Shown one piece after another: positions 9,128 through 16,576 of a stretch of 20,000 bases of DNA (position 1 is its first letter; the number at the start of each line of letters is the position of its first letter). Source of the stretch: an uncultured virus (IMG/VR IMGVR_UViG_3300043473_000258) (lineage: Duplodnaviria > Heunggongvirae > Uroviricota > Caudoviricetes); IMG/VR virus record IMGVR_UViG_3300043473_000258; one strand, written 5' to 3'. The position numbers and the translations under genes are program-made. The notes under the pieces were generated by a model, which had not been told where the DNA came from, made no database searches, and worked only from the letters and a program-made list of their open reading frames with translations.

Positions 9128-9200
9128 GTAATACAAAGCGAAACGGGGGAACCAAAATGAGCCGACCTTATAGGAAGGCAAGCCCAAATCGGTTCCCCCG
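9128..9200 (-). terminator. Long stem-loop with U-rich tail (terminator or processing site)
   Basis: Perfect 10-bp IR CGGGGGAACC 9144-9153/9191-9200 with inner pairing, followed on the mRNA by UUUCGCUUUGUAUU. Confidence 0.45.
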
Positions 9201-9206
9201 GTGGAA

Positions 9207-9473
9207 TTATTTGCGGCGGACCCGGCGCGGCTTCTTGCCGATGCGGGCCCGGACCTTTTCCATCTGGCGGCAGAGCACGGTCTGCCTGACCAGATAGCGA
9301 TAGAGGTCGTCGACCATGATGCGGTAAGGCTGGCGCCTGCGCTCCAGGCGCAGCTCGATGACGTCATCTCCGCCCAGGGGGGCGATGGTGACGACGATTT
9401 TCTTGGCGTCGGGGCCCCACCTCTGGAACGGCTGGCGGGTCCGGCGATGAATTGGCTTGAGGATTTCAGTCAT
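9207..9473 (-). CDS. Hypothetical basic protein, 88 aa
   Basis: ATG after hairpin and AACTCCCAAGCC leader. Confidence 0.75.
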   Translation of the reverse strand: MTEILKPIHRRTRQPFQRWGPDAKKIVVTIAPLGGDDVIELRLERRRQPYRIMVDDLYRYLVRQTVLCRQMEKVRARIGKKPRRVRRK

Positions 9474-9485
9474 GGCTTGGGAGTT

Positions 9486-9510
9486 GGCCCAAGGGATCGG
9501 ACCTTGGGCC
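9486..9510. repeat. Intergenic 9-bp GGCC-stem hairpin, 7-nt loop
   Basis: GGCCCAAGG-gatcgga-CCTTGGGCC. Confidence 0.8.
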
Positions 9511-9519
9511 GGGTTGTTG

Positions 9520-9735
9520 TTAGGCCACGCGGAAGAGGTGGCGTTTCTTCCCCAGGCGCGTCATGACGGCCTCGGGGCGGGGCCAGCGTGGGTCGAAGCA
9601 GTGCGCGAGGCTGCTGCATTCGGCGGACACGCGGAGTTGCCCATCCTTGCCCCGGCTAAGGGCAAAGTGGGAGTGACCGAGGGCGCCAGCGTAGCGGACG
9701 GCCTCGACTTGTTCGGGTGTGGGCTTGAGTTTCAC
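9520..9735 (-). CDS. Hypothetical protein, about 71 aa (GTG 9735; alternative ATG 9753)
   Basis: 3' part of track ORF 9520..10050 that fits the gap between neighbours. Confidence 0.55.
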   Translation of the reverse strand: MKLKPTPEQVEAVRYAGALGHSHFALSRGKDGQLRVSAECSSLAHCFDPRWPRPEAVMTRLGKKRHLFRVA

Positions 9736-9741
9736 AGCTAT

Positions 9742-9752
9742 AAGATACCACA
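9742..9752 (-). promoter_or_regulatory. Possible extended -10 promoter (TGTGGTATCTT), leaderless transcript
   Basis: TGn-TATCTT lies 6 nt upstream of GTG 9735 in an AT-rich patch; no clear -35. Confidence 0.35.
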
Positions 9753-9775
9753 TCGGTTTTTCGTAAATGCCCGAA

Positions 9776-9808
9776 TCCGGGCCTCTTGCCAGTGTGGAGA
9801 GGCCCGGA
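9776..9808. repeat. Intergenic 11-bp inverted repeat
   Basis: TCCGGGCCTCT 9776-9786 / AGAGGCCCGGA 9798-9808, just after the stop at 9822. Confidence 0.8.
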
Positions 9809-9821
9809 CTTGACAACGAAA

Positions 9822-10127
9822 TCACTCCGCGAACGGAAACGCCCGCATGACGTAAAAGCGGCCGTCGATTTCCTGATACTCGGGGCAAAAGCCCTCGTTG
9901 GACTGGAAGCACGCTTCCACCTCCTCCGAGAAGGCGTCGTACTTGGCGCGGACCCCTTCGCCGTCCACCTCTTCCACCTCGTAGGCTTCGACGTGGAGCA
10001 TGAAGGGGCCGATTCGGAGCGAGGAGGAGAGCCGGGCGTGGGCCGGGCACTCGCTGCCGTCGCTGTTCTGGATTTCCTTTCCGCTGGGCTCTAGGCCCAG
10101 CCGGTCAAGTGGCAGGCTGGCGCTCAT
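9822..10127 (-). CDS. Hypothetical acidic protein, 101 aa
   Basis: ATG 10127 in ATGA overlap (MSASLPLDRL...). Confidence 0.75.
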   Translation of the reverse strand: MSASLPLDRLGLEPSGKEIQNSDGSECPAHARLSSSLRIGPFMLHVEAYEVEEVDGEGVRAKYDAFSEEVEACFQSNEGFCPEYQEIDGRFYVMRAFPFAE

Positions 10128-10321
10128 TGGGTGCGGATGAATGACTGGTGACGTTGGAGCTCGACCTTGGCGTCGTGTGCATCGCACATGGCGCGGGCCA
10201 GGCTGGCGGTGAGATAGCCCACGGTGTAGGCGTCGGGAAACGCCATCTTCTGGCGCTGGGCTTCGGCGGTGGCGTGGTCGGCCTCCTTGCGGGCGGCCGT
10301 CATGGCTTCGGAGAAGGTCAT
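10124..10321 (-). CDS. Hypothetical protein, 65 aa
   Basis: ATGA-coupled on both sides. Confidence 0.7.
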   Translation of the reverse strand: MTFSEAMTAARKEADHATAEAQRQKMAFPDAYTVGYLTASLARAMCDAHDAKVELQRHQSFIRTQ

Positions 10322-10485
10322 GGCTGGGCCTCCTTCTTGCCTTCCAACTCCGCCACCCGGCGATCGAGGCGGCCGATTTCGTCAATCAGCTCGCAGATCA
10401 CATTGACCACCCGGATCTCGGTGGGCACGGCGACGTCGCATTTGACGCCGCAATTCAGGATGTCCTTACATTCGGATAGCAACAT
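10318..10485 (-). CDS. Hypothetical protein, 55 aa (below ORF-track cutoff)
   Basis: MLLSECKDILNCGVKCDVAVPTEIRVVNVICELIDEIGRLDRRVAELEGKKEAQP; starts 4 nt after the upstream stop and ends in an ATGA overlap. Confidence 0.7.
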   Translation of the reverse strand: MLLSECKDILNCGVKCDVAVPTEIRVVNVICELIDEIGRLDRRVAELEGKKEAQP

Positions 10486-10489
10486 GGGG

Positions 10490-10711
10490 TCAGAGGTTGA
10501 GGTTCTGGCAGTCGTGGGCGTAGGCGCGGCGGCGGGCGCTGCGCTTCTCGGTCATCAGGCGGGAGCGGCTCCCCTCGAAGAGGTCGGCCAGATAATCCCG
10601 CAATTCGTGCCCGTCCCATGCCTGAGGCATCCGGGCGGCGTTGCCGATCGCGGTCTTGGCGATCGATTTGGTCAGGTCGCGGATAAATTTCCGCTTTTCG
10701 GTAACTGTCAT
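10490..10711 (-). CDS. Phage hypothetical protein, 73 aa
   Basis: P..WDGHELR motif recalled from other phage early proteins; leader CAACCCCAAGCCAAGCCACAACAAA. Confidence 0.75.
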   Translation of the reverse strand: MTVTEKRKFIRDLTKSIAKTAIGNAARMPQAWDGHELRDYLADLFEGSRSRLMTEKRSARRRAYAHDCQNLNL

Positions 10712-10741
10712 TTTGTTGTGGCTTGGCTTGGGGTTGATGGA

Positions 10742-11050
10742 CTAGCGGGGCAGGGCGCCGGTGAGGATGGCGCCCAGCGTGCGGGCGAGGCCCACGGCGG
10801 TCTTGCTGCCCCATTCGGTGTGATACCTGGGCGCGTCCCACTCGGGGCTGTTGATCTGCTTGAGCTGCAGGATCGCGGCGATCGTGTGACCGCGTTCGCG
10901 CTCCTCGTCCTCGCTGGGCTCCGCTTGCGCGGCGATTGCTTCGCGTATCCAGTCGGATGCATCGGCGAGGATTTGCCGATCTGTTTCTTCGGTGCGTTCC
11001 GCAGTGGCAAGCTCGGCGAGAGCGGCCACCAGTTTTTCGGGGCTTGTCAT
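10742..11050 (-). CDS. Phage hypothetical protein, 102 aa
   Basis: C-terminal RYHTEWGSKTAVGLARTL; follows a junction repeat. Confidence 0.75.
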   Translation of the reverse strand: MTSPEKLVAALAELATAERTEETDRQILADASDWIREAIAAQAEPSEDEERERGHTIAAILQLKQINSPEWDAPRYHTEWGSKTAVGLARTLGAILTGALPR

Positions 11051-11072
11051 GTTGTCAGGGCTTGGGGGTTGG
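11048..11072. repeat. Gene-junction direct repeat, copy 1 (mRNA CCAACCCCCAAGCCC-TGA-CAAC-ATG)
   Basis: Identical to 11394-11417 apart from a 1-nt indel. Confidence 0.85.
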
Positions 11073-11396
11073 TTCGAGCGGGTAACCGAGAAGGCCCCGC
11101 ATCTGGTTGGCTAGGTCCGCCATCCGGGCGGCCATGTCGGGATCGTCCCCGTCCGCGTACTCGGTCGCGACGTCGGCGATTTCGGGGAGGGCATAGCAGA
11201 GCAACGCCTTGGCGGCGGCGAGCTGGCCGGAGAGGCTCTCCGGGGACTCGATTTCGTGAAAACTGCCGCCGTACATGTGGCCGCGGTTTTGAATGTAAAA
11301 ATAGGCTTCGCTCTTCGAGGAGAGGATCGCCTCTAGGGTGCCGTCTGCTTTGAAGGCGCCCCAGTTTAGACTGGGTTTTTCGGGTTGGTTTGGCAT
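11055..11396 (-). CDS. Hypothetical protein, 113 aa
   Basis: ATG 11396 and stop 11055 both lie inside the two repeat copies. Confidence 0.75.
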   Translation of the reverse strand: MPNQPEKPSLNWGAFKADGTLEAILSSKSEAYFYIQNRGHMYGGSFHEIESPESLSGQLAAAKALLCYALPEIADVATEYADGDDPDMAARMADLANQMRGLLGYPLEPTPKP

Positions 11397-11417
11397 GTTG
11401 TCAGGGCTGGGGGTTGG
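11394..11417. repeat. Gene-junction direct repeat, copy 2
   Basis: catgttgtcagggctgggggttgg. Confidence 0.85.
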
Positions 11418-11955
11418 GTGGCTGGTCTGCGGGGATGATTCGGAAATCGGATCGGTCGTACTCGCCCGACAGGCGCGAGGCTTCGCAATCGGCGATGTGA
11501 TCCGTGATGGCCGCTTCCGCTTCCTCGCGGGTGGCAAAGCGCCAAGGCGCGTCGTCAATCTGCCAGCAGTCCTCCCAATGGTTCACGCAGCGCGTGATGA
11601 CCTTGAAGGGGCCGGGGCGGTGCTTGGTGTCGCCGTAGCCGTCGCACAGCTCACACGCGGCCGGGGTGCCGTCTGGCCACTTGTGGCCGGTTGGGTCGTG
11701 GCCGGAGCCGTGGCAGGCGTTGCAGGTGTCGGGCTCTAGGAAATCCTCGATCCGGTGCTCCAGAAACTCCGCGGTGCACCTCGGGCACGGGCCCAGATCG
11801 TCTCCGGTCTCGGCGTCGATCATCTTGTCGCAGGTGCACACGACCGATCCGAGGAATTCAATGATCGATTCCTGGGCTTCGCTGAGAAGGTCGCGGGCCT
11901 CCTCGATCGGGGTTTGCTCGCGGGCGTTGTCGTCAGGGCGTGGGACTATTGGCAT
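11401..11955 (-). CDS. Multi-domain Cys-rich protein with DnaJ-type Zn finger
   Basis: CTC...CPRC, CNACHGSG...CELCDGYG, C-terminal WEDCW...FATREEAEAAI; ATG 11955 (or TTG 11961). Confidence 0.75.
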   Translation of the reverse strand: MPIVPRPDDNAREQTPIEEARDLLSEAQESIIEFLGSVVCTCDKMIDAETGDDLGPCPRCTAEFLEHRIEDFLEPDTCNACHGSGHDPTGHKWPDGTPAACELCDGYGDTKHRPGPFKVITRCVNHWEDCWQIDDAPWRFATREEAEAAITDHIADCEASRLSGEYDRSDFRIIPADQPPNPQP

Positions 11956-11957
11956 GG

Positions 11958-12236
11958 TCAAAGGGGGCGGATGGATTCGAGGGTTTCAGGGAACCACCAC
12001 GCGCCAAGGCGCCAGCCGTCCGGCCCTTGGTGCTCCAGATAGACGGCGCCCGGATAGGCTCCGCGGGCGGTGGGATCGGCGACAAAGCCCCGGACGCGGG
12101 CGATCCCGGTGGCTCCGTTGCTGTTGGTGTAGCGCACCACCTGACCGACGTGGAAGGCGCAGGGGGCGGGCGGGGTGTCCCGCATATCGGCGGGCACGTT
12201 CTGGGGCTTGGGGGCCCCGTGGATCGGTTTTGTCAT
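11958..12236 (-). CDS. Phage hypothetical protein, 92 aa (SH3-like beta pattern)
   Basis: FHVGQVVRYTN...WWFP; AC-rich leader and hairpin 12272-12297. Confidence 0.75.
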   Translation of the reverse strand: MTKPIHGAPKPQNVPADMRDTPPAPCAFHVGQVVRYTNSNGATGIARVRGFVADPTARGAYPGAVYLEHQGPDGWRLGAWWFPETLESIRPL

Positions 12237-12315
12237 TGGCTGGGCTTGTGGGGTTGGGGTTGGGAAAGGGTGGCCGGGTATCCCTACGCCCCCGGCCGGG
12301 GCGCCCTGTTGCCTC

Positions 12316-14151
12316 TTAGCCGTTCTTTTGAACCGTCAGCAAAACGGTATTTACTGAGGTTCCCGCGTCCTTGAAGGACTCCGGGGGCAGCGTCTCAATG
12401 TGGACGTCCGCGCCGGTCTGTTGAATCTCGCGGAGCAGCTCCACGAACGAGCGGCGGCCGGTGTTGCCTCCCATGATGGCCACAAGGCGCCCCTCCGGGC
12501 CCAGGTGCCGCCATGCGTGCGCGACGTGCTCAACGTCCGCCCCCATCGTGAAAGGGGGATTCATGACGATCCGATCGAAGGTGCCGATCGTGCCGTTAAG
12601 CGTGAGGAAATCCGCCTCGATGATTTCCGCGGGCCCCGGCAGCGCCCGGAGGAGCTGGCAGAGCTTGGGGTTAATCTCGACGGTGACAAGGTGAATATCG
12701 GCGGGCATCATCTCGACCAGCGCCCCGGTGCCCGCGGAGGGCTCCAGCACGCGATCGCAGTCGCGGATTTCGGCCCGCTCCACCACCTGACGCGCCAGCC
12801 ATTCCGGGGTGGGGAAGAGCTGGGGCGCGACGACGACGGCCACACCCGCGGCCGCGGTCTCCTTCAGCGCCTCGAAAGCGCGATCGTCGTCGCTCTTCGG
12901 GGCCGGGGTGTAGGCGGTGGCCGGTAGCAGCTTCGGCCCCCGTGGGGGCGGTGGCTGGCCGGGCTCGGGCTTCTTGTGGACCTTCGAGTCGGTCAGGAAG
13001 ACCGCGCAGATCGTCCGGTTGCGATCCTTGTCCCAAACAAAGGCCGTTCGGATGCGGTGGGAGTGCTCAACCTCCCGCGTCCCCTTGTAGTCAGTATGGA
13101 TCTTTGCGTACTCTGCCGCCGTCATTTCGACTTGTGGCGACGTGATAAACTCGCCGCGGCTCCAGGGGTTCGGATAGGTGATCGACGCTGCGCGATAGTT
13201 GCACAGGGGGAGCTGCACCGGCCGGGGCTTTTTCTCCAGCAGGGCGGACGCGCCTTGATCCTCCAACATCGCCTTTTCATAGGCGAGCCGGTTGTCTAGG
13301 TGCTCAATGCAGCGGGCCAGATAAACGACCTTCGACGGCAGCAGCTCACGGGCGGCCGCCACGATTTCCGCCACCGTGCGCGGGGCGTAGAGGCTGGGAT
13401 ATGAACCGCTCAACCCGCAATAGGGGCTCGGGCTCTGGCTCCAATCCTCGCGATCGCCTTCCTTGCGGGGCAAGTGGAAATCACCCCAGCCGGGCACGTA
13501 GCCGCCAGCGTAGCGAAGCGCGGCGGCGTCCTGTTCGGCGCCGGGCTCCATCGCGGCGATCGACTCCCAGGCATTGATCGCGCTGGTCACCTCGACCGCT
13601 TGGCGCTCGCGCTTGCGCTTGTCCGCCTCCAGTCCTTTGATGCGGCGGGCCCGGACTCCGGGCGCCTCCTTATATTTCGCGGCGGCGATCGCACCCTTGG
13701 CGCGGGCGATCCAATATTTGGAGGTTTGCCACATTTTCACGGCGCGATCCATTCCATTCTGGATGCGTTCGGCGTCCTTGCGGGCGTGGCGCTCGCTGTG
13801 ATGTCCAACAAGGATCGGCTGGCCTAAGGGGATGCCGTCCGCGATCGCGCTGACGCCATCGCGGGCCCGCTTGGCGTCCTCTGCGCGTGCTTCGCTGTAG
13901 TCTTCGAAGCGTTCGGCCCGCTCCTCTGCGCGGGAAACTAGGCTTTTGTCCTCATCGCCAATCTCCCCGCACAGCTCGATCAACAGATCGGCGCGGTCTG
14001 GCGTCCACATTGGCGCAACGAAAAGTTGCTGTTTGGGGGCCCAAATGAACCCGGCCGCCTTCACGCGGGCGAAGGTGTCGGAATCGAGACGGGCGGCGGG
14101 GTATAGTCTGAGCTTGTTGTCTTCTGGGCTGTAAGTGGCTTGATCTTGCAT
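12316..14151 (-). CDS. DUF3560 domain fused to an amino-(N6A/N4C) DNA methyltransferase, 611 aa
   Basis: ATYSPEDNKLRLY, GFIWAPKQQLFVAPMWTP, IPLGQPILVGHHSERHARKD (DUF3560); C-terminal FPTP, VLEPSAGTG (motif I), VEIN, ADFL, IVMNPPF (motif IV). Start ATG 14151. Confidence 0.9.
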   Translation of the reverse strand: MQDQATYSPEDNKLRLYPAARLDSDTFARVKAAGFIWAPKQQLFVAPMWTPDRADLLIELCGEIGDEDKSLVSRAEERAERFEDYSEARAEDAKRARDGVSAIADGIPLGQPILVGHHSERHARKDAERIQNGMDRAVKMWQTSKYWIARAKGAIAAAKYKEAPGVRARRIKGLEADKRKRERQAVEVTSAINAWESIAAMEPGAEQDAAALRYAGGYVPGWGDFHLPRKEGDREDWSQSPSPYCGLSGSYPSLYAPRTVAEIVAAARELLPSKVVYLARCIEHLDNRLAYEKAMLEDQGASALLEKKPRPVQLPLCNYRAASITYPNPWSRGEFITSPQVEMTAAEYAKIHTDYKGTREVEHSHRIRTAFVWDKDRNRTICAVFLTDSKVHKKPEPGQPPPPRGPKLLPATAYTPAPKSDDDRAFEALKETAAAGVAVVVAPQLFPTPEWLARQVVERAEIRDCDRVLEPSAGTGALVEMMPADIHLVTVEINPKLCQLLRALPGPAEIIEADFLTLNGTIGTFDRIVMNPPFTMGADVEHVAHAWRHLGPEGRLVAIMGGNTGRRSFVELLREIQQTGADVHIETLPPESFKDAGTSVNTVLLTVQKNG

Positions 14152-14208
14152 GGTTTTTTCTGGCTTGGTTGTTGTTGGCTGGCTTGGTTTAGACTGCAAA
14201 GAAAGGGT

Positions 14209-14238
14209 ACAACGTAGCGAGGGCCCGCTACGTTGCAA
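14209..14238 (-). promoter_or_regulatory. Sigma70-like promoter with overlapping palindromic operator
   Basis: Minus strand TTGCAA-16 nt-TACGTT; IR CAACGTAGCG-N6-CGCTACGTTG (14210-14235). Confidence 0.6.
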
Positions 14239-14241
14239 AGC

Positions 14242-14499
14242 TCAAAAGCGAGGGGCGATCCGGCCCGTCTCCAGATATTCGGCCGCTTTCTCTGTGGCCG
14301 TCTGGAATTGGTCGCTTTCAAACTCGAAGCGGGCAGCGATGCGGGCCAGCTCCGCGATCCTTGCCGCGCTGGCGGCGTTCGCGGCGGCGTCTTGGCGCCG
14401 TTGCCAGCGGGCTTGCGTCTCTTCTTGGTGATAACGGCAGAGCCAGCCACCTTGGCAAGCTGTGCACGTTCCGTCCGGGCGGGGAGTTGGCTTTGTCAT
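14242..14499 (-). CDS. Hypothetical protein with CxxC-x5-CxxH, 85 aa
   Basis: ATG 14499 in ATGA overlap; CTACQGGWLCRYH. Confidence 0.7.
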   Translation of the reverse strand: MTKPTPRPDGTCTACQGGWLCRYHQEETQARWQRRQDAAANAASAARIAELARIAARFEFESDQFQTATEKAAEYLETGRIAPRF

Positions 14500-14831
14500 T
14501 TCAGGGCGAAACGTGAGGCCATACGAAACGCTCCGGCGAGGGTGTCCGCCCGGAAGTGGAACCCGGACGGGTGCCAGGCACGCCAAGGCGCATCCGGGCC
14601 CGCGGTGCGCGAGATGATGAACCCGCGGCGGGTGTGGATCTTGAAGGTGCGATCGCTGGGGTAGCGGTGCATCGATTCAAACGGGCAGCGGCCGGACGGT
14701 GCCGGGGTAAGACTGGTCGGGATCGAATCATCCCAGCTCCGGCCGCAATGGCCGCAGGTGGCGATCGAGTGGCTTTCGGGAGTTAGGCGGGTGCGGTGCG
14801 TTGTAACGCTCCAAATGCGGATCAATTTCAT
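14496..14831 (-). CDS. Phage Cys/His hypothetical protein, 111 aa
   Basis: TCGHCGRSWDDS...TPAPSGRCPFE..H; ATG lies within the 38-bp repeat. Confidence 0.75.
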   Translation of the reverse strand: MKLIRIWSVTTHRTRLTPESHSIATCGHCGRSWDDSIPTSLTPAPSGRCPFESMHRYPSDRTFKIHTRRGFIISRTAGPDAPWRAWHPSGFHFRADTLAGAFRMASRFALK

Positions 14832-14865
14832 AGGGTGGGGCTGGCTGGCTTGGTTGTTGGTTAGG
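14828..14865. repeat. Perfect 38-bp direct repeat, copy 1 (leader plus ATG)
   Basis: tcatagggtggggctggctggcttggttgttggttagg, identical to 15154-15191. Confidence 0.97.
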
Positions 14866-14872
14866 CTGGGGT

Positions 14873-15157
14873 TTAGTAGGGAGAGAAACGGGCGGCGGTC
14901 AGATCGATCTGGAATTCAAACGGGGCGCAAAAATCCGCCCGGAGTGATTCGGAGTCGAAGCAATCGACAAATTCCGCCACGCTGGGCGGGGTGCATATCC
15001 AGAGCTTGTCCCCGATCATGCGAAAGGAGATTTGATCGGACGCGACCTGGGGATCGGTAAAACCCGCGCTGATAAGCGCGAGGGCGACGGGGCAGTGTGC
15101 GGCCGCGTCCGGGCGGCCGATTGCGATATGTTCGGGGGTGACTTTGATCGTTGTCAT
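14873..15157 (-). CDS. Phage hypothetical protein, 94 aa
   Basis: MTTIKVTPEHIAIG...CPVALAL...FVDCFD...PFEF; bracketed by the 38-bp repeats. Confidence 0.8.
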   Translation of the reverse strand: MTTIKVTPEHIAIGRPDAAAHCPVALALISAGFTDPQVASDQISFRMIGDKLWICTPPSVAEFVDCFDSESLRADFCAPFEFQIDLTAARFSPY

Positions 15158-15223
15158 AGGGTGGGGCTGGCTGGCTTGGTTGTTGGTTAGGACTGAAGAG
15201 CGGGCCCAGCGTACCGGGCCCGC
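15154..15223. repeat. 38-bp direct repeat copy 2 (15154-15191) plus GCGGGCCC hairpin (15200-15223)
   Basis: mRNA GCGGGCCCGG-UACG-CUGGGCCCGC-UCUUCAGU-CCUAACCAACAACCAAGCCAGCCAGCCCCACCCUAUG. Confidence 0.95.
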
Positions 15224-15227
15224 GGTT

Positions 15228-15737
15228 TCAATGCTCCCCGGACTGGTCCGCAAGAACGGCTTCGCGCTCCTCCTCCTCGCGCCGTTTCTCCTCCTCGCGT
15301 GCCTGATAGTCCCTCTCGTTTTCGGCCGTTTGCTCCGCGAGCTGGTCCGCGCAGCGGGCCGCCTCTTCCGCGGTGTCATAGGTGGCCAGCTCCCACTGGC
15401 TCGCCATGCTCTTTCCCATTGTCCACCCGGCAAGAAACCCGCGGCCGTTGGGCAGGAACGCCACGATTCCGCGGATCGTTGTGTCCTGGCAATCGTCCGC
15501 GAACCATCCGCGGTGCGGCAGGTGGATCACGTTGTCCGCGTAGCGCCAGCGAAGGCCGGGGAATTCCTCGAGATAGAACCCGAAAGCGCGATCGCCGCGG
15601 GTGGCTGGCTTGGGCTCCTCCTGATAGCTTGTCGAATTGCCGCGCCACGTTCCCGCCTTGAATGCGGCCAGACGGCGCTGCAATGGCCAGTAAAGGTGAA
15701 AGACTCGCCGCGGGTAGCTGAAGGATGCGAATTGCAT
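15228..15737 (-). CDS. Phage hypothetical protein, 169 aa
   Basis: HRGWFAD...RGIV..LPNGRGFLAG...AARCADQLAE..AENERDYQ, with a charged helical tail. Confidence 0.8.
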   Translation of the reverse strand: MQFASFSYPRRVFHLYWPLQRRLAAFKAGTWRGNSTSYQEEPKPATRGDRAFGFYLEEFPGLRWRYADNVIHLPHRGWFADDCQDTTIRGIVAFLPNGRGFLAGWTMGKSMASQWELATYDTAEEAARCADQLAEQTAENERDYQAREEEKRREEEEREAVLADQSGEH

Positions 15738-15766
15738 AGCTTTGGAGCTTTCTAAGGGTGGGGCGG

Positions 15767-16471
15767 TTAGGATTGGGCGGCGGGTTCCCTCACAAGGAAA
15801 ACATATTCGAGCACGTCACCGGCCAGCGGCGACTCTGGGAGGGCATCGTGCCAGGATGAAAACCAGCTTTCATCCGAACAGGAAACCGGCGATCCCATGT
15901 TCTGCCGGGCGATCCAACGATCGGCCGCCTCCTTTTCCGCGGGTTCGATCCCGCTGGCGTCCCCGTTGATCAAATAGGAGGCCCAGTAGGCCGGAGCCTG
16001 GGCGGTGTAAATTTCCAGTTTCGGCGAGACCAGCGGCACGGCACGCGCTGCCAGCTCTTCCGCGGTGAAATCTTCCCCCGCTTGCGTTGGGCTGGCTTCG
16101 AGATCGTCCGCGTGGAAGCAATCCGCGATCGAATCATAGACCAGCGTCCGGCCGCGGAGCCGTTCAACTTCCGCCTCCTCTAGCGGGAAAACTTCCGTCA
16201 GATGATACGCGCTCCCGAATTCGGTTTCCCCGTTGGGCCCCTCGCTTATCATGGCGCAGATCGTGAAATCCGCTTCGCCGTCGATCTGGGCGTTTTCAAG
16301 GGCCCAGCTCCGATCCTTGAATTCGGCGCCCACGGCGATCCGGGCGAGTCGCCACGGCTCCTCAGTTTTCACGATATAGGCGGGGAAAAGGTGGCTCACC
16401 CCGTCGTTTCCGTTCCCGTGCGACACGCCGAAAAAGCGGGGCGCTGGCTGGCTGGCTTGGTTGTTGTCCAT
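15767..16471 (-). CDS. Phage hypothetical protein, 234 aa, probably two fused domains
   Basis: C-terminal PAYWASYLINGDASG...GDVLEYVF module; N-terminal codons contain 21 nt of the leader repeat. Confidence 0.8.
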   Translation of the reverse strand: MDNNQASQPAPRFFGVSHGNGNDGVSHLFPAYIVKTEEPWRLARIAVGAEFKDRSWALENAQIDGEADFTICAMISEGPNGETEFGSAYHLTEVFPLEEAEVERLRGRTLVYDSIADCFHADDLEASPTQAGEDFTAEELAARAVPLVSPKLEIYTAQAPAYWASYLINGDASGIEPAEKEAADRWIARQNMGSPVSCSDESWFSSWHDALPESPLAGDVLEYVFLVREPAAQS

Positions 16472-16506
16472 TTGGCTTTTGTTCTATTGGGGCGCCTATT
16501 GGCGCG

Positions 16507-16561
16507 GGTTGTTGTTGGCTAACTGAAGAGCGGGCCCCGGCCGGGGGAAGCCTGGGCCCGC
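16507..16561. repeat. Second GCGGGCCC hairpin plus TCTTCAGT and AC-rich leader
   Basis: actgaagagcgggccc 16522-16537 identical to 15192-15207; arms 16530-16537/16554-16561. Confidence 0.9.
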
Positions 16562-16576
16562 AATCAATCGCCGGAC

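Noticed and set aside
120..11353. Long plus-strand ORFs (786-1469, 1566-2990, 3816-5282, 5737-6816, 10148-11353 and others)
   Set aside because: They are antisense shadows of recognisable or tightly coupled minus-strand genes in GC-rich DNA, with no motifs of their own.
14828..15191. 38-bp repeat as a CRISPR array
   Set aside because: Only two copies, non-palindromic, separated by 288 bp containing a gene; no cas genes in view.
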